Assembly (NCBI GenBank): GCA_046309815.1
Contig: JBKCOJ010000008.1
Location: 63,856 to 127,855, forward strand
Source: Pseudomonadota bacterium
GTDB lineage: Bacteria; Pseudomonadota; Alphaproteobacteria; Paracaedibacterales; CAITNM01
Direction: 5' to 3'
DNA: 64,000 nt
Positions 1 to 8,924 of the stretch are shown here, piece after piece. The stretch's first letter is position 1; the number at the start of each line of letters is the position of its first letter. The notes under the pieces are model-generated. The model was not told the origin of the DNA. It saw only the letters and a program-made list of their open reading frames with translations, and did no database searches. Both the position numbers and the translations under genes were made by a program.

Positions 1-168
1 GATGGCCATGGTGAAGTTTGTGCGTAATAGGTAAAAAGCTGCATATCCACCGATGATAGAAAGCATGATTCTGCGACGCCAGTAAGAATACGTACGCCCA
101 CCCGCTGCTACTCGGTTTAAGGTGCTACCAGGAATTTCATCTGAATTTTCAAGGAGAAACTGTGACAA
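1..168 (-). CDS. MFS transporter, organophosphate:phosphate antiporter family (GlpT/UhpC-like); N-terminal 56 codons only, gene continues beyond position 1
   Basis: Absent from the ORF track (too short). Hand translation of minus strand 168->1: (TTG)SQFLLENSDEIPGSTLNRVAAGGRTYSYWRRRIMLSIIGGYAAFYLLRTNFTMAI. The YWRRRI..I.GYAA.YL.R.NF block matches the conserved pre-TM1/TM1 region of GlpT/UhpC. The start is a guess: TTG at 168 is the candidate, and ATG at 66 would truncate TM1. Confidence 0.5.
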   Translation of the reverse strand, partial: MSQFLLENSDEIPGSTLNRVAAGGRTYSYWRRRIMLSIIGGYAAFYLLRTNFTMAI

Positions 169-209
169 ACTTTTACCTAGGCTATAAGTGTTAATAAATC
201 GTTTATTTT

Positions 210-2384
210 TTACAGAATATCAGAAATGAGGTTTTTTATAAAGTTACCAAATATTGGCAAGGCGATAGCAGCCCCTCCATTGCCTTCGCCGAGGCTTTTG
301 GGTTTTGGAAATCCAACAAATACACCAATCACAAGGGGGTTATCGTCTTGATAAACGGTGCCAGGAACGCTGATGCTGCCTATAAACCAAGCATCACGAT
401 TGTTATTTGTTGTGCCTGTTTTGCCACGAATAGTGACCCCAAACTGACGTTCAAGCGGCAGGAGGGATTTTCCGGTTCCATGTGTAATAGCTGCGCGTAA
501 CATTTCAAGTAAACCAAAAATTGCAGAAGGAGACGCAAGTCGTTGCGAATTAGTGATTGTGCTGATTGGTATAGAAGTAAATTCTTGCTGGGTTTCAAAA
601 CAGCAGGTGTTTATATTTTTTTGAAGGGAGGAAGCTTTTCGTTGAGTGAATGCTTTATAAAATTTTGGCCTTAAGTGGTACCCACCATTAAAAATCATGG
701 CATAGGCCGTTGTTAGGCGTAGTAAAGTTGTTTCTTTTGAACCTAAAATGATAGAAGGATGCTGTGATGCAGAGTTATAAATTTCAAATAATTCAGCGAT
801 ATCTTGGATGTGATCAAGGCCGGTGTTTAGGCCAAGCTGAATAGCGGCAAGATTATGAGAGTACGCTAAGCTATTTTTTACGGTCACGAAACCATGAAAT
901 TTTTTATCGACGTTTTTTGGTCTATAAACTTCTCTTCCGTTGTTTAAAAGCATGGTAATAGATTCATCTTTGATAATATCGTTTGGATCAGTACCTTGTT
1001 CAAGGGCTGCTAAGTAAACAAAAGGTTTAAAGCTTGAGCCGGGTTGACGCCAAGCTTGGGTGGCGCAATTGAAAGGATTTGTTGCATAACTCCAGCCACC
1101 AACTGCAGCGAGTACTTGGCCAGTTCTTGCCTCCATCACGACGATAGCGCCACTTATTTCGGGAATTTGCCGAATATGGGCTTTCCCATTACTAACTTCG
1201 ACGAGTACGACATCGCCTGCTATTAAGGATGTTTCAAAAGCCCATCCGGTTGTATCTAATGGCAAGAGTTGTTGATTTTCAAGTTGTGCAGAAAGTGAAT
1301 GTTGTTCAAGTTTGACAATGGCTTTTTGATAGTGTGCTGGGCAATCGGGAACAGATATATTTTTTAATTCTTCTGAAGAATAGGGTTCATCAAGGTGTGT
1401 GATTGGCGTGTGAAAATTTTTATGGGTTATGTCGTATTTTAGTAGGCCATCGCGCAGCGCTTTTTCGGCAGCTTTTTGAAAATGAACATCTATATAACTA
1501 AAAATCTCAAGTCCGTCTGTTGCATGAAGAGTAGGAAATTCTTTTTCTAATTCATTTTGCAGAACGCTTGTGTAGTATTCGTAGTGTTCTGAAGGGGTTT
1601 CTGTTTCAGAAAAATGAAGTGGTTCTGTAGTTGCGGTTGCGGCTTCTTCGAAGGATATATATCCTTGTTCTAATAAAGATTGAATGATTACGCTTCGTCT
1701 GGTTTCAAGTTTTGCAGCATTTTTTGAAGCACTTAATTGTGCAGGTGCTTTAGGTAGGGAGGCGAGAAGAGAGGCTTCTGCAATGGTGAGTTCTTCGACA
1801 CTTTTTTTAAAATATTTTAGGGCAGCTGCTTGTATACCATATGCGCCATTACCTAAATAAATTTGATTTAAATATAATTCGAGAATGCGTTCTTTGCTGA
1901 GTTGTTGTTCTAAAATTAGAGTGGCAAAAGCTTCACGTATTTTTCGTAAAAAACTTTTTTCGTTTCCTACTAAAAAATTTTTAGCAACTTGCTGTGTAAT
2001 GGTGGATGCTCCCACTAAGCTTTGAGACTGTTGGTTTTTTCTGAAATTTTGGAAAAGTGCTTTGAAGATACGTGCCGGATCAAGGCCAGGGTGATAGAAG
2101 AAGTTTTTATCTTCTGCAACTAAAAAAGCAGCAATAACTTTTTCGGGGATATGTTCGATGCTTAAGTAGATTCTGTTTGTGGGCGAAAGCTCTTGTGCAA
2201 GGTTGAAATGTCGATCGTAGATGCGTGTTAATTCTGGCGGGTGATAATTTTTTAAAAAATCAGAATTGGGAAGGCTTGGCTTGATATGCCAGTAGGTGTA
2301 GCCAGCGATGATATTGATAATAATAGTGAGAATAGCGAGAGTAATGCCTGTATTAAGGAGGGTTCTCGCTAATGCTTTATACAT
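210..2384 (-). CDS. mrcA: Penicillin-binding protein 1A (bifunctional glycosyltransferase/transpeptidase)
   Basis: 724 aa with an N-terminal TM anchor. GT51 motifs EDKNFFYHPGLD and GASTITQQ. Transpeptidase motifs SSFK (SxxK), SHN (SxN) and KTGTT (KTG). Confidence 0.9.
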   Translation of the reverse strand: MYKALARTLLNTGITLAILTIIINIIAGYTYWHIKPSLPNSDFLKNYHPPELTRIYDRHFNLAQELSPTNRIYLSIEHIPEKVIAAFLVAEDKNFFYHPGLDPARIFKALFQNFRKNQQSQSLVGASTITQQVAKNFLVGNEKSFLRKIREAFATLILEQQLSKERILELYLNQIYLGNGAYGIQAAALKYFKKSVEELTIAEASLLASLPKAPAQLSASKNAAKLETRRSVIIQSLLEQGYISFEEAATATTEPLHFSETETPSEHYEYYTSVLQNELEKEFPTLHATDGLEIFSYIDVHFQKAAEKALRDGLLKYDITHKNFHTPITHLDEPYSSEELKNISVPDCPAHYQKAIVKLEQHSLSAQLENQQLLPLDTTGWAFETSLIAGDVVLVEVSNGKAHIRQIPEISGAIVVMEARTGQVLAAVGGWSYATNPFNCATQAWRQPGSSFKPFVYLAALEQGTDPNDIIKDESITMLLNNGREVYRPKNVDKKFHGFVTVKNSLAYSHNLAAIQLGLNTGLDHIQDIAELFEIYNSASQHPSIILGSKETTLLRLTTAYAMIFNGGYHLRPKFYKAFTQRKASSLQKNINTCCFETQQEFTSIPISTITNSQRLASPSAIFGLLEMLRAAITHGTGKSLLPLERQFGVTIRGKTGTTNNNRDAWFIGSISVPGTVYQDDNPLVIGVFVGFPKPKSLGEGNGGAAIALPIFGNFIKNLISDIL

Positions 2385-3154
2385 CAGGGTGTCGCTTTAT
2401 TAAAAAGATCGAAGAAATTTTTAGTGGTAGTTTCGGCTACTTCTTCAAGAGTAATGCTTTTTAATTCGGCGACCATTTCAGCGACAAAACGCGTAAAGGC
2501 TGGTTCATTGCGTTTGCCCCGATGGGGAATAGGGGCCAAAAAAGGTGAGTCTGTTTCCACAAGGATGCGATCGAGGGGAACAAATTTTACGGCTTCTCGT
2601 AATTCTGTAGCATTTTTAAAGGTGATAATTCCGGAGAAAGAAATATATAATCCACGATCTAATCCTTGTTTTGCAAATTCGCTAGAACCACTAAAACAAT
2701 GAAAAACGCCACGTGTGTTTGGATGCGCATCAAGACACGAAAGGGTGTCCTCATCAGCGTTGCGTGTGTGAATAATGACGGGAAGATTTAATTCATTGCT
2801 GACGTCCAGGTGCATCTTGAAGCAGTTTATTTGGGCGTCAGCATCGCTTTTATTGTAGTAGTAATCTAGACCTGTTTCTCCAAAAGCAACGACTTTAGGG
2901 TGGGCTGCGTGTGCTTTTAGTTGTTCGATAAGCGTTGTGTCATTGTAGTCTTTGCTATCATGGGGATGCACACCAACGCTGCAGAAGATATTCGGATATG
3001 AGTCTGCAATCTTTTGTATATCAAGGCTTTCAGCGATTCGTGTGTTAACGGTGAGCATGTATTTTATGTTGTGTGCATGCGCGTTTTCAATGACTTGCGT
3101 TAAATCTTGTGCAAATTCGGGAAAATTTAGATGACAATGGCTATCAACAAGCAT
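2384..3154 (-). CDS. TatD-family metal-dependent hydrolase/DNase
   Basis: 256 aa. Begins MLVDSHCHL (HxH metal site), with later HTR and ETDSPFL motifs typical of TatD/YcfH. Its stop overlaps the mrcA start by 1 nt (TGATG). Confidence 0.9.
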   Translation of the reverse strand: MLVDSHCHLNFPEFAQDLTQVIENAHAHNIKYMLTVNTRIAESLDIQKIADSYPNIFCSVGVHPHDSKDYNDTTLIEQLKAHAAHPKVVAFGETGLDYYYNKSDADAQINCFKMHLDVSNELNLPVIIHTRNADEDTLSCLDAHPNTRGVFHCFSGSSEFAKQGLDRGLYISFSGIITFKNATELREAVKFVPLDRILVETDSPFLAPIPHRGKRNEPAFTRFVAEMVAELKSITLEEVAETTTKNFFDLFNKATP

Positions 3155-3208
3155 AAGGTGTAGGAATATATATTTTCTATAATTTAACTAAAATTGAAGA
3201 GTAATACC

Positions 3209-4372
3209 ATGGCGCAACAATATTTATTCACTAGTGAATCTGTTTCAGCAGGACATCCGGATAAAGTTTGTGATCAGATATCGGATCTGATTGTTGATAT
3301 GTATTTAGAGCAAGATCCTGAATCGCGCCTTGCGATTGAAACGTTGGCAACAACAAATCGAGTAGTGATCGCGGGTGAATATCGCTCAACAGCGAATATT
3401 AAAAAAAGTGATATTGAAAATGCAATTCGAGAATTGATTAAGGAAATTGGCTACGAGCAAGAAGGGTTTCATTACGAAGCTTTAGATATTTCTAATTATT
3501 TGCATGCGCAATCAGCGGATATTGCTGTGGGTGTTGATGCTGCGCATAACAAAGATGAGGGTGCAGGCGATCAAGGGATTATGTTTGGTTATGCCTGTGA
3601 TGAAACCGATGTACTGATGCCAGCGGCTTTGTATTATTCGCATCGTATTTTGCAGAATTTGCATAGAGCACGAGTTGAGCAATATCAAGGCATTTTAGGG
3701 CCTGATGCAAAGGCGCAGGTTACTCTTTTTTATCAAGATGGAAAACCGGTGCGTGCGCACAAGGTGTTAGTGTCAACGCAACATGCTGAGAGTGCTTCAT
3801 TAGAAAAAGTACGCGAGATTGTATTGCCTATTATAGAAAATAGTTTGCCGAAAGGATGGATGCCCTCTAATGAGGATATTTTTGTTAATCCAACCGGAAG
3901 ATTTGTGATTGGTGGGCCCGACGGAGATACTGGTTTGACGGGAAGAAAAATTATTGTTGATACATATGGCGGCGCAGCTCCGCATGGTGGGGGGGCTTTC
4001 TCAGGAAAAGATCCAACAAAAGTGGATCGTTCTGCTGCTTACATGATGCGGTATTTGGCGAAAAATGTTGTGGCTGCAGGTTTAGCAAAGCGTTGCACGT
4101 TTCAGGTTGCTTATTCGATTGGAATGGCAAAACCATTGTCATTGTATTTGACAACTCATGGTACGGGTAAGGTTGATGATCAGATCATTTTAGATTGGAT
4201 ATTAAAAAATGTAGATTTACGCCCACAAGCTGTGCGGGAGCGATTGAATTTAAATAGTCCTATTTATTTGCGCACGGCTTCTTATGGGCATTTTGGACGT
4301 TCACCCCAAGATGATGGTGGTTTTTCTTGGGAAAGAACGGACTTGGCTAAGCAGTTGAGTAAGATTAATTGA
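3209..4372 (+). CDS. metK: S-adenosylmethionine synthetase
   Basis: Motifs [24 protein letters not shown] and [19 protein letters not shown]. The ATG at 3209 ([12 protein letters not shown]) fits the family N-terminus better than the TTG at 3194 used by the track. Confidence 0.95.
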   Translation: MAQQYLFTSESVSAGHPDKVCDQISDLIVDMYLEQDPESRLAIETLATTNRVVIAGEYRSTANIKKSDIENAIRELIKEIGYEQEGFHYEALDISNYLHAQSADIAVGVDAAHNKDEGAGDQGIMFGYACDETDVLMPAALYYSHRILQNLHRARVEQYQGILGPDAKAQVTLFYQDGKPVRAHKVLVSTQHAESASLEKVREIVLPIIENSLPKGWMPSNEDIFVNPTGRFVIGGPDGDTGLTGRKIIVDTYGGAAPHGGGAFSGKDPTKVDRSAAYMMRYLAKNVVAAGLAKRCTFQVAYSIGMAKPLSLYLTTHGTGKVDDQIILDWILKNVDLRPQAVRERLNLNSPIYLRTASYGHFGRSPQDDGGFSWERTDLAKQLSKIN

Positions 4373-4391
4373 TAGGAATGCATTAAGATAT

Positions 4392-5270
4392 TTATGGGTT
4401 ACAAAAAGAGCAATATAGCGGATCTGCTAGCTGTTGTTGTTCTCTAGGTTTACTTATTTGCTTGTATTCACACTTAACACATCCAAAAATTTCGTGCTTT
4501 GTCATTTCTGTTTCAAGACCGCAATAACTGCAAGGCAATCCTTTTTCTATTCCGATATTGCCCCAGCCTGGATTATAGCAGCTTGGGCACGGAGTATTTA
4601 GCCTTTTGCTAAGTTTCTCTGCTAATTCTCCAATTACAGTCATCCTGGTAGGATTAAATTGAGCTCGCATATCGGTTTCCACCCATACTTTACCGTTGAA
4701 TTCATGTTTCTGACATTCCTTAAAAGCTTCTTCTAGGTCCACGTGTGAATTGACGCCTTTGAAAACTGGATCTTTACTGTCTCTGTTTTTGGGGCGTAAA
4801 ATTAGAGCATGCGAGGGGAATAAGGAAGTTGCAGCAAATTCTTGTAGTTCTTCTAATGAATCTAAAGCTTTCATGCTATAATTAGTGCTTTCGCTTAAAT
4901 GTGATGAATGCAGATGAAATCCTCGTTTTCTATCAATAAAATATAGAATTTCGCGATCGCAGGGCAGCAATGGCATAAGCGGATGAGGACCGAAACTACC
5001 TTCGCTTGCAAGCATAAATTTTATTCTTTTATTTAGTTTTTTTAATGGCCCCTCAGCCTTTTTACGTGCACACTCTAAAGCATTTCCTTTGCGTTCTATT
5101 TCTCCAGAAAAAGTTCCGAATTCGTCGGTGTCTGCAACATATTCTAAGATACTAGCTCCAAGATTTTTATAGAAAGCAGGTGCTATGGCGATAGACTTAG
5201 CATGTTTAGTTGTTAAGATAATGCAGTCACCTTTATAAACTAGATCATGTTTTAATTGATTTGTTGCCAT
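4392..5270 (-). CDS. Uncharacterised 292-aa cytoplasmic protein with a C-terminal quadruple-CxxC (double zinc-ribbon-like) module; last gene of the dab operon
   Basis: Long ORF with no signal peptide. The last ~70 aa contain CPSC, CSYC, CVKC and CSFC. I recognise no catalytic motif in the N-terminal ~220 aa. It overlaps the dabA 3' end by 19 nt. Confidence 0.6.
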   Translation of the reverse strand: MATNQLKHDLVYKGDCIILTTKHAKSIAIAPAFYKNLGASILEYVADTDEFGTFSGEIERKGNALECARKKAEGPLKKLNKRIKFMLASEGSFGPHPLMPLLPCDREILYFIDRKRGFHLHSSHLSESTNYSMKALDSLEELQEFAATSLFPSHALILRPKNRDSKDPVFKGVNSHVDLEEAFKECQKHEFNGKVWVETDMRAQFNPTRMTVIGELAEKLSKRLNTPCPSCYNPGWGNIGIEKGLPCSYCGLETEMTKHEIFGCVKCEYKQISKPREQQQLADPLYCSFCNP

Positions 5271-7479
5271 GTGAGATCTCTATTAAGTAAATAAATTTTT
5301 CGGCTGTTGGGTTCAATGCAGGAAAGCTGAATCCAACCATTGCCGAATAGTTTTTTTAAATCTGGTTGGTCATGGATGATTTTTTTTAAGATATTTTGTG
5401 GTGCTAAAACTACAGTCAGGAGGCGTTGAGGCTCGTGGTATGCTTCCATATCATTCTTATATAATGATTGAAGGGGTAAGCCGGTCATTAAATCACTTGC
5501 ATTACCTTGCATAATACCTATTTTTCCAGTGATATTTTTTGTTGTTTTGCTGCCACTTCCATAGGCAACGTTATCAACAGTTGAAAATAAATATTGCATG
5601 TTTATCCACTGAGCAACAATCATTGGGGCGGTAAGAATAGTAGTAAGAAAAACACCATCCTGATCTTGCGTATAATCGTAAGAATGCAAAAAACATCGTC
5701 CATCAAGGTCAAGAGAAGTTGTAAGAGCACGTGGTGCTATTATAAATGCAGTATTTCGGGCTAATCCCCATTCCGGTCTAACTTGTGCCCAGTCCCTCGA
5801 ACGTAGCCACGTATGAGTTTCTGCATTTTTTTCTTTTTCATTGTTTTCTAGTTGTATGAATCGCAGTAAGCTGTTTGCTCCTCCAGCTTTCTTTAAATCT
5901 GCTTTAAGCTTATCTATTTTATCAAGAGTTTGCTTGCTATAGAGAGTTACCTGGTCAGTAGTAGTATTATGTTCTGCTGCAATGAAATAAGTATTTTCAG
6001 GGATATGAATACCATTTTTTGCTAGTTCTTTCTTTATGTCTAATCGATTTAAGATAGCTGCAAGTATGCGAGCATTACTTCCTCCGTGCCTTCCTCCACA
6101 CGCTCCGCAATCAAGTGCTGTTGCATAAGCATTATTTTCTGTCGTGCTGCCATGGCCACAAAACACTATAATTGGAGCAAAGTTATTTGTGAGACCTATC
6201 ATTTTTAATGCGTTTTCTGCATATGCATATTGGTCTGTGAAAGAAATACTATCAATTGAAGTCATGATTTCTTCAGGTTTGCGTATAAACTTCATCAAAG
6301 CTGATTTAAGTTTATAAGCGCTTTTTGGAGCTAGACAGCGTAATCCCATCCATATGCCACTTATTAGTCCTAAGGATTCTGCCAATGCAAAAGGAGTGGT
6401 AAAAGTATATTTGAGAGATTGGTAGATTCCTTTTAGTTTACATACTCTGGAATAGCCTTCGAGAGCTTCATCGCAATTATGCTGGGAGCAAGGAGATTCT
6501 TTCACTTCATTTTTAGGTGAAAGTAGTACTGGGCATGATGAATAAGATTCATTGGTAATAACATTAGTAATTTTTGCAGGTATACCAAAAAACCAGCAAA
6601 TCCATAAGTTTGATAATTTCCTATTGATTCAAGATTTTTACGGAAAGGTTCTGAGCGAACATCAATACAAAAAACTAATTGAGCTTCTGGTGCGCTTTGT
6701 GGAGTGATGCTTTGTTTTGCTAAATTTTGAAGTAATTCAAGTCGGTAAGCATTTTCTGTCTCTTGGATTTTTTTTAGTAAGTTATTTTTTGTTTGAGATT
6801 TAGTGATTGCTTTTTTATGAAAACCTATCAAGTTCTTTGCTTCAGGCCACATTAAGATTGTTATAATAAGCCGCATGGCTAGATAATCCAATTGAGAGAT
6901 AGGGTGACAGTGGATATCTAAGTCTGTCCATTCAGTTTGGTATTTTATATATCCGGCCCATCCAGGTAATGTGGTAAGCATGAGTGTCAGAAATTCAAGC
7001 ACTTCTTCCTGTGCAATGCTTAGACATCGCAAGCACTCATTAACCGCATGTTCGGCATTTTCTGGTAGATTTTTAATCCATTCCTGTTTCTTATTGTTAT
7101 TCTTATGCAAGTTTTTATCGTATAAGGCCAGTTTTTTCCATGCTATATAAAAACCTTTGTTCCTAAGAGGCATTGTGATAGTTGCCTGCCCTTCATCCAG
7201 ATAAACTTGTAACCACTTAATTGTTTCACGATTAATAGTTTCCATTTCTTCGGGAATTTCGTCTTGTTGAAAATAAGCTGCCGCTGTTTCAAATGCTTTC
7301 TCGATGGGCAAATCTTCAAAACCTTTCAAAGGATTGACAGCGATCAGGTTCCTTAGTGGCCAGAAAGGAGCAATTTTTTTAAAACTCTCTATCACCATTT
7401 TAGGTATATTATTTATATGATTATCTTCTTTAACGTAATCATTGTTGTTTATTTTTTTGTGTTTCATATTCATACTCAC
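5252..7479 (-). pseudogene. dabA: dabA (DUF2309 family, catalytic subunit of the DAB inorganic-carbon pump) interrupted by a single frameshift; seen as ORFs 6502..7479 and 5252..6505
   Basis: The N fragment ends ...FCIDVRSEPFRKNLESIGNYQTYGFAGF and then runs into out-of-frame sequence. A -1 shift at the T6 run (6587..6592) reads GFAGFFGIPAKITNVITNESYSSCPVLLSPKNEVKESPCSQHNC..., continuous with the second ORF (FCGHGSTTENNAYATALDCGACGG...). The fused product would be about 740 aa. It could be a true pseudogene, a homopolymer sequencing error or a programmed -1 frameshift. Confidence 0.8.
6586..6592 (-). other. Candidate -1 slippery heptamer T TTT TTG at the dabA frame break
   Basis: The minus strand reads GGT TTT TTG GTA in the upstream frame. 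The X XXY YYZ pattern is T(6592) TTT(6591-6589) TTG(6588-6586). The downstream frame starts with GGT at 6586. Confidence 0.4.
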
Positions 7480-8819
7480 GAGTACTTGTAATAGTTACGA
7501 TGCGTTGTCACTGTATTAGGATGAGGCTGACTGGCATTAAGTGCCTTTACATAATATTTTAGGATTAATGAAGAAAAATTTTTTGTTCTTTGTCGATTTT
7601 TCAGTAGTAGTTGAAACAGCCAAGTTGCGGTTAATATAAATATTCCTAAGAGATGAATGCCGCTAAGTGGCTGAGGATGCATTAAATGCATTGGTTCTAC
7701 TGCGGCACCAATTAATTTTACACTAAATCCGTAAATGAGGCTGACGAGGAGTGTCGTTACCAATGTTAGAAAAAAGTCTTTTATGCTTACTCTTCGAATT
7801 ATGGAGATAGCGAACTGGCTAGCCGTAAGTAATGATATTACCATTAATACAAGAGTCGTATCGTTTGCTAACCATGATTTGTCGCTAGAGTATCCAAAAC
7901 CAATACTTCCGATTACTCCACATAACAATGAGCAACTAAAAATGAATGGATTTATTGGAGCATTCAGCTCAAAGCGTTTCTCTTGTGCCGCGGATCCACT
8001 AGAAAGAAAAAGATAAGCTTTGAAAAGGCTGTGCCATAATAAATGAGTGATTGCCGCCGGAAATAATCCTAATCCACATTGAGCGAGCATGAATCCCATT
8101 TGTCCCATTGTTGAGCAAGCAAGCATTCTTTTTATGTCGCTTTGCATTAATTTCCATAAAGTTCCTAAGAGAGACGTTGCAATCCCTATAATGAATATCG
8201 AGCTAAGTAGAGTTGAATGTTGCAAGTAAAAGGGAGAAAAGCGAATTAAAATAACACCTCCTCCATTTACTAAACCAGCATGCATTATAGCGGAGACTGG
8301 CGTAGGTGAATTCAACGAGCTAATCAACCATCGGTGAAATGGCCATATGCCTGATTGTGTCATAGCTCCTATTAATATCAATATCAAAGAGAATAGAGTG
8401 ATATCGGATTGAGGATCTTGGTCCAATATGGCTTTTATACTTTTTTCTCCAGTTACTAAATAAAATATTGTAAATGCTATTCCGATGGATATTGTTCCTA
8501 ACAAAAAGTTTTTTAAAGCAAGAATTCCTGAATTTTTTGCTGCCCTCCAGCTTGCCTTATGAATCATTAGGTTAGTCAGTAGTATGTTGTTAAAACACCA
8601 TGAGAAAAAGAGGATTGCTAGATCATCCGTGCTTACCGTAATTGATACGGAAAAAATAAGTAGAATGAGTTGAAGACAAAACGATTGGTATTTTTTATCG
8701 CCCTTCATGTATCTAGAGGAAAAACTAAAGACGCATAACCCAATAAAAATAACCAATCCAATCATAATCATTGCGAATGCATCTAAATTAGGATGAAAAT
8801 CTAAAAATCGATGTATCAT
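7476..8819 (-). CDS. dabB: dabB, NuoL/MnhA-like proton-conducting membrane subunit of the DAB inorganic-carbon pump
   Basis: 447-aa polytopic membrane protein. AIMHAGLVNGGGVILIR and THLLWHSLFKAYLFLSSGS resemble NuoL/NDH-5 core motifs. Its stop overlaps the dabA GTG start (GTGA). The pairing with DUF2309 is the defining DAB arrangement. Confidence 0.8.
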   Translation of the reverse strand: MIHRFLDFHPNLDAFAMIMIGLVIFIGLCVFSFSSRYMKGDKKYQSFCLQLILLIFSVSITVSTDDLAILFFSWCFNNILLTNLMIHKASWRAAKNSGILALKNFLLGTISIGIAFTIFYLVTGEKSIKAILDQDPQSDITLFSLILILIGAMTQSGIWPFHRWLISSLNSPTPVSAIMHAGLVNGGGVILIRFSPFYLQHSTLLSSIFIIGIATSLLGTLWKLMQSDIKRMLACSTMGQMGFMLAQCGLGLFPAAITHLLWHSLFKAYLFLSSGSAAQEKRFELNAPINPFIFSCSLLCGVIGSIGFGYSSDKSWLANDTTLVLMVISLLTASQFAISIIRRVSIKDFFLTLVTTLLVSLIYGFSVKLIGAAVEPMHLMHPQPLSGIHLLGIFILTATWLFQLLLKNRQRTKNFSSLILKYYVKALNASQPHPNTVTTHRNYYKYS

Positions 8820-8852
8820 TGTGGTTCTTTCTTACAATGGTTTTTTGGTAGT

Positions 8853-8869
8853 TGATTTATATTATCAAT
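8853..8869. promoter_or_regulatory. Perfect inverted repeat TTGAT-N7-ATCAA in the dabB/lysR divergent promoter region
   Basis: TTGATTTATATTATCAA lies 34-50 bp upstream of the dabB ATG. It is a candidate operator. Confidence 0.3.
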
Positions 8870-8909
8870 CCCAGCATAATAAGAAAAATTAATTTTTTTT
8901 ATATTTTAT

Positions 8910-8924
8910 ATTAGAAAATCTAAT
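8910..8924. promoter_or_regulatory. LysR-type T-N11-A dyad (ATTAG-N5-CTAAT) overlapping the LysR start codon
   Basis: ATTAGAAAATCTAAT. The T at 8911 and A at 8923 give T-N11-A within 5-bp inverted arms, and the ATG of the LTTR is at 8923. Confidence 0.35.

Noticed and set aside
3155-3208. SAM riboswitch upstream of metK
   Set aside because: The spacer is only about 54 nt, AT-rich and without conserved pairing elements. It is too short for any SAM riboswitch class I know.
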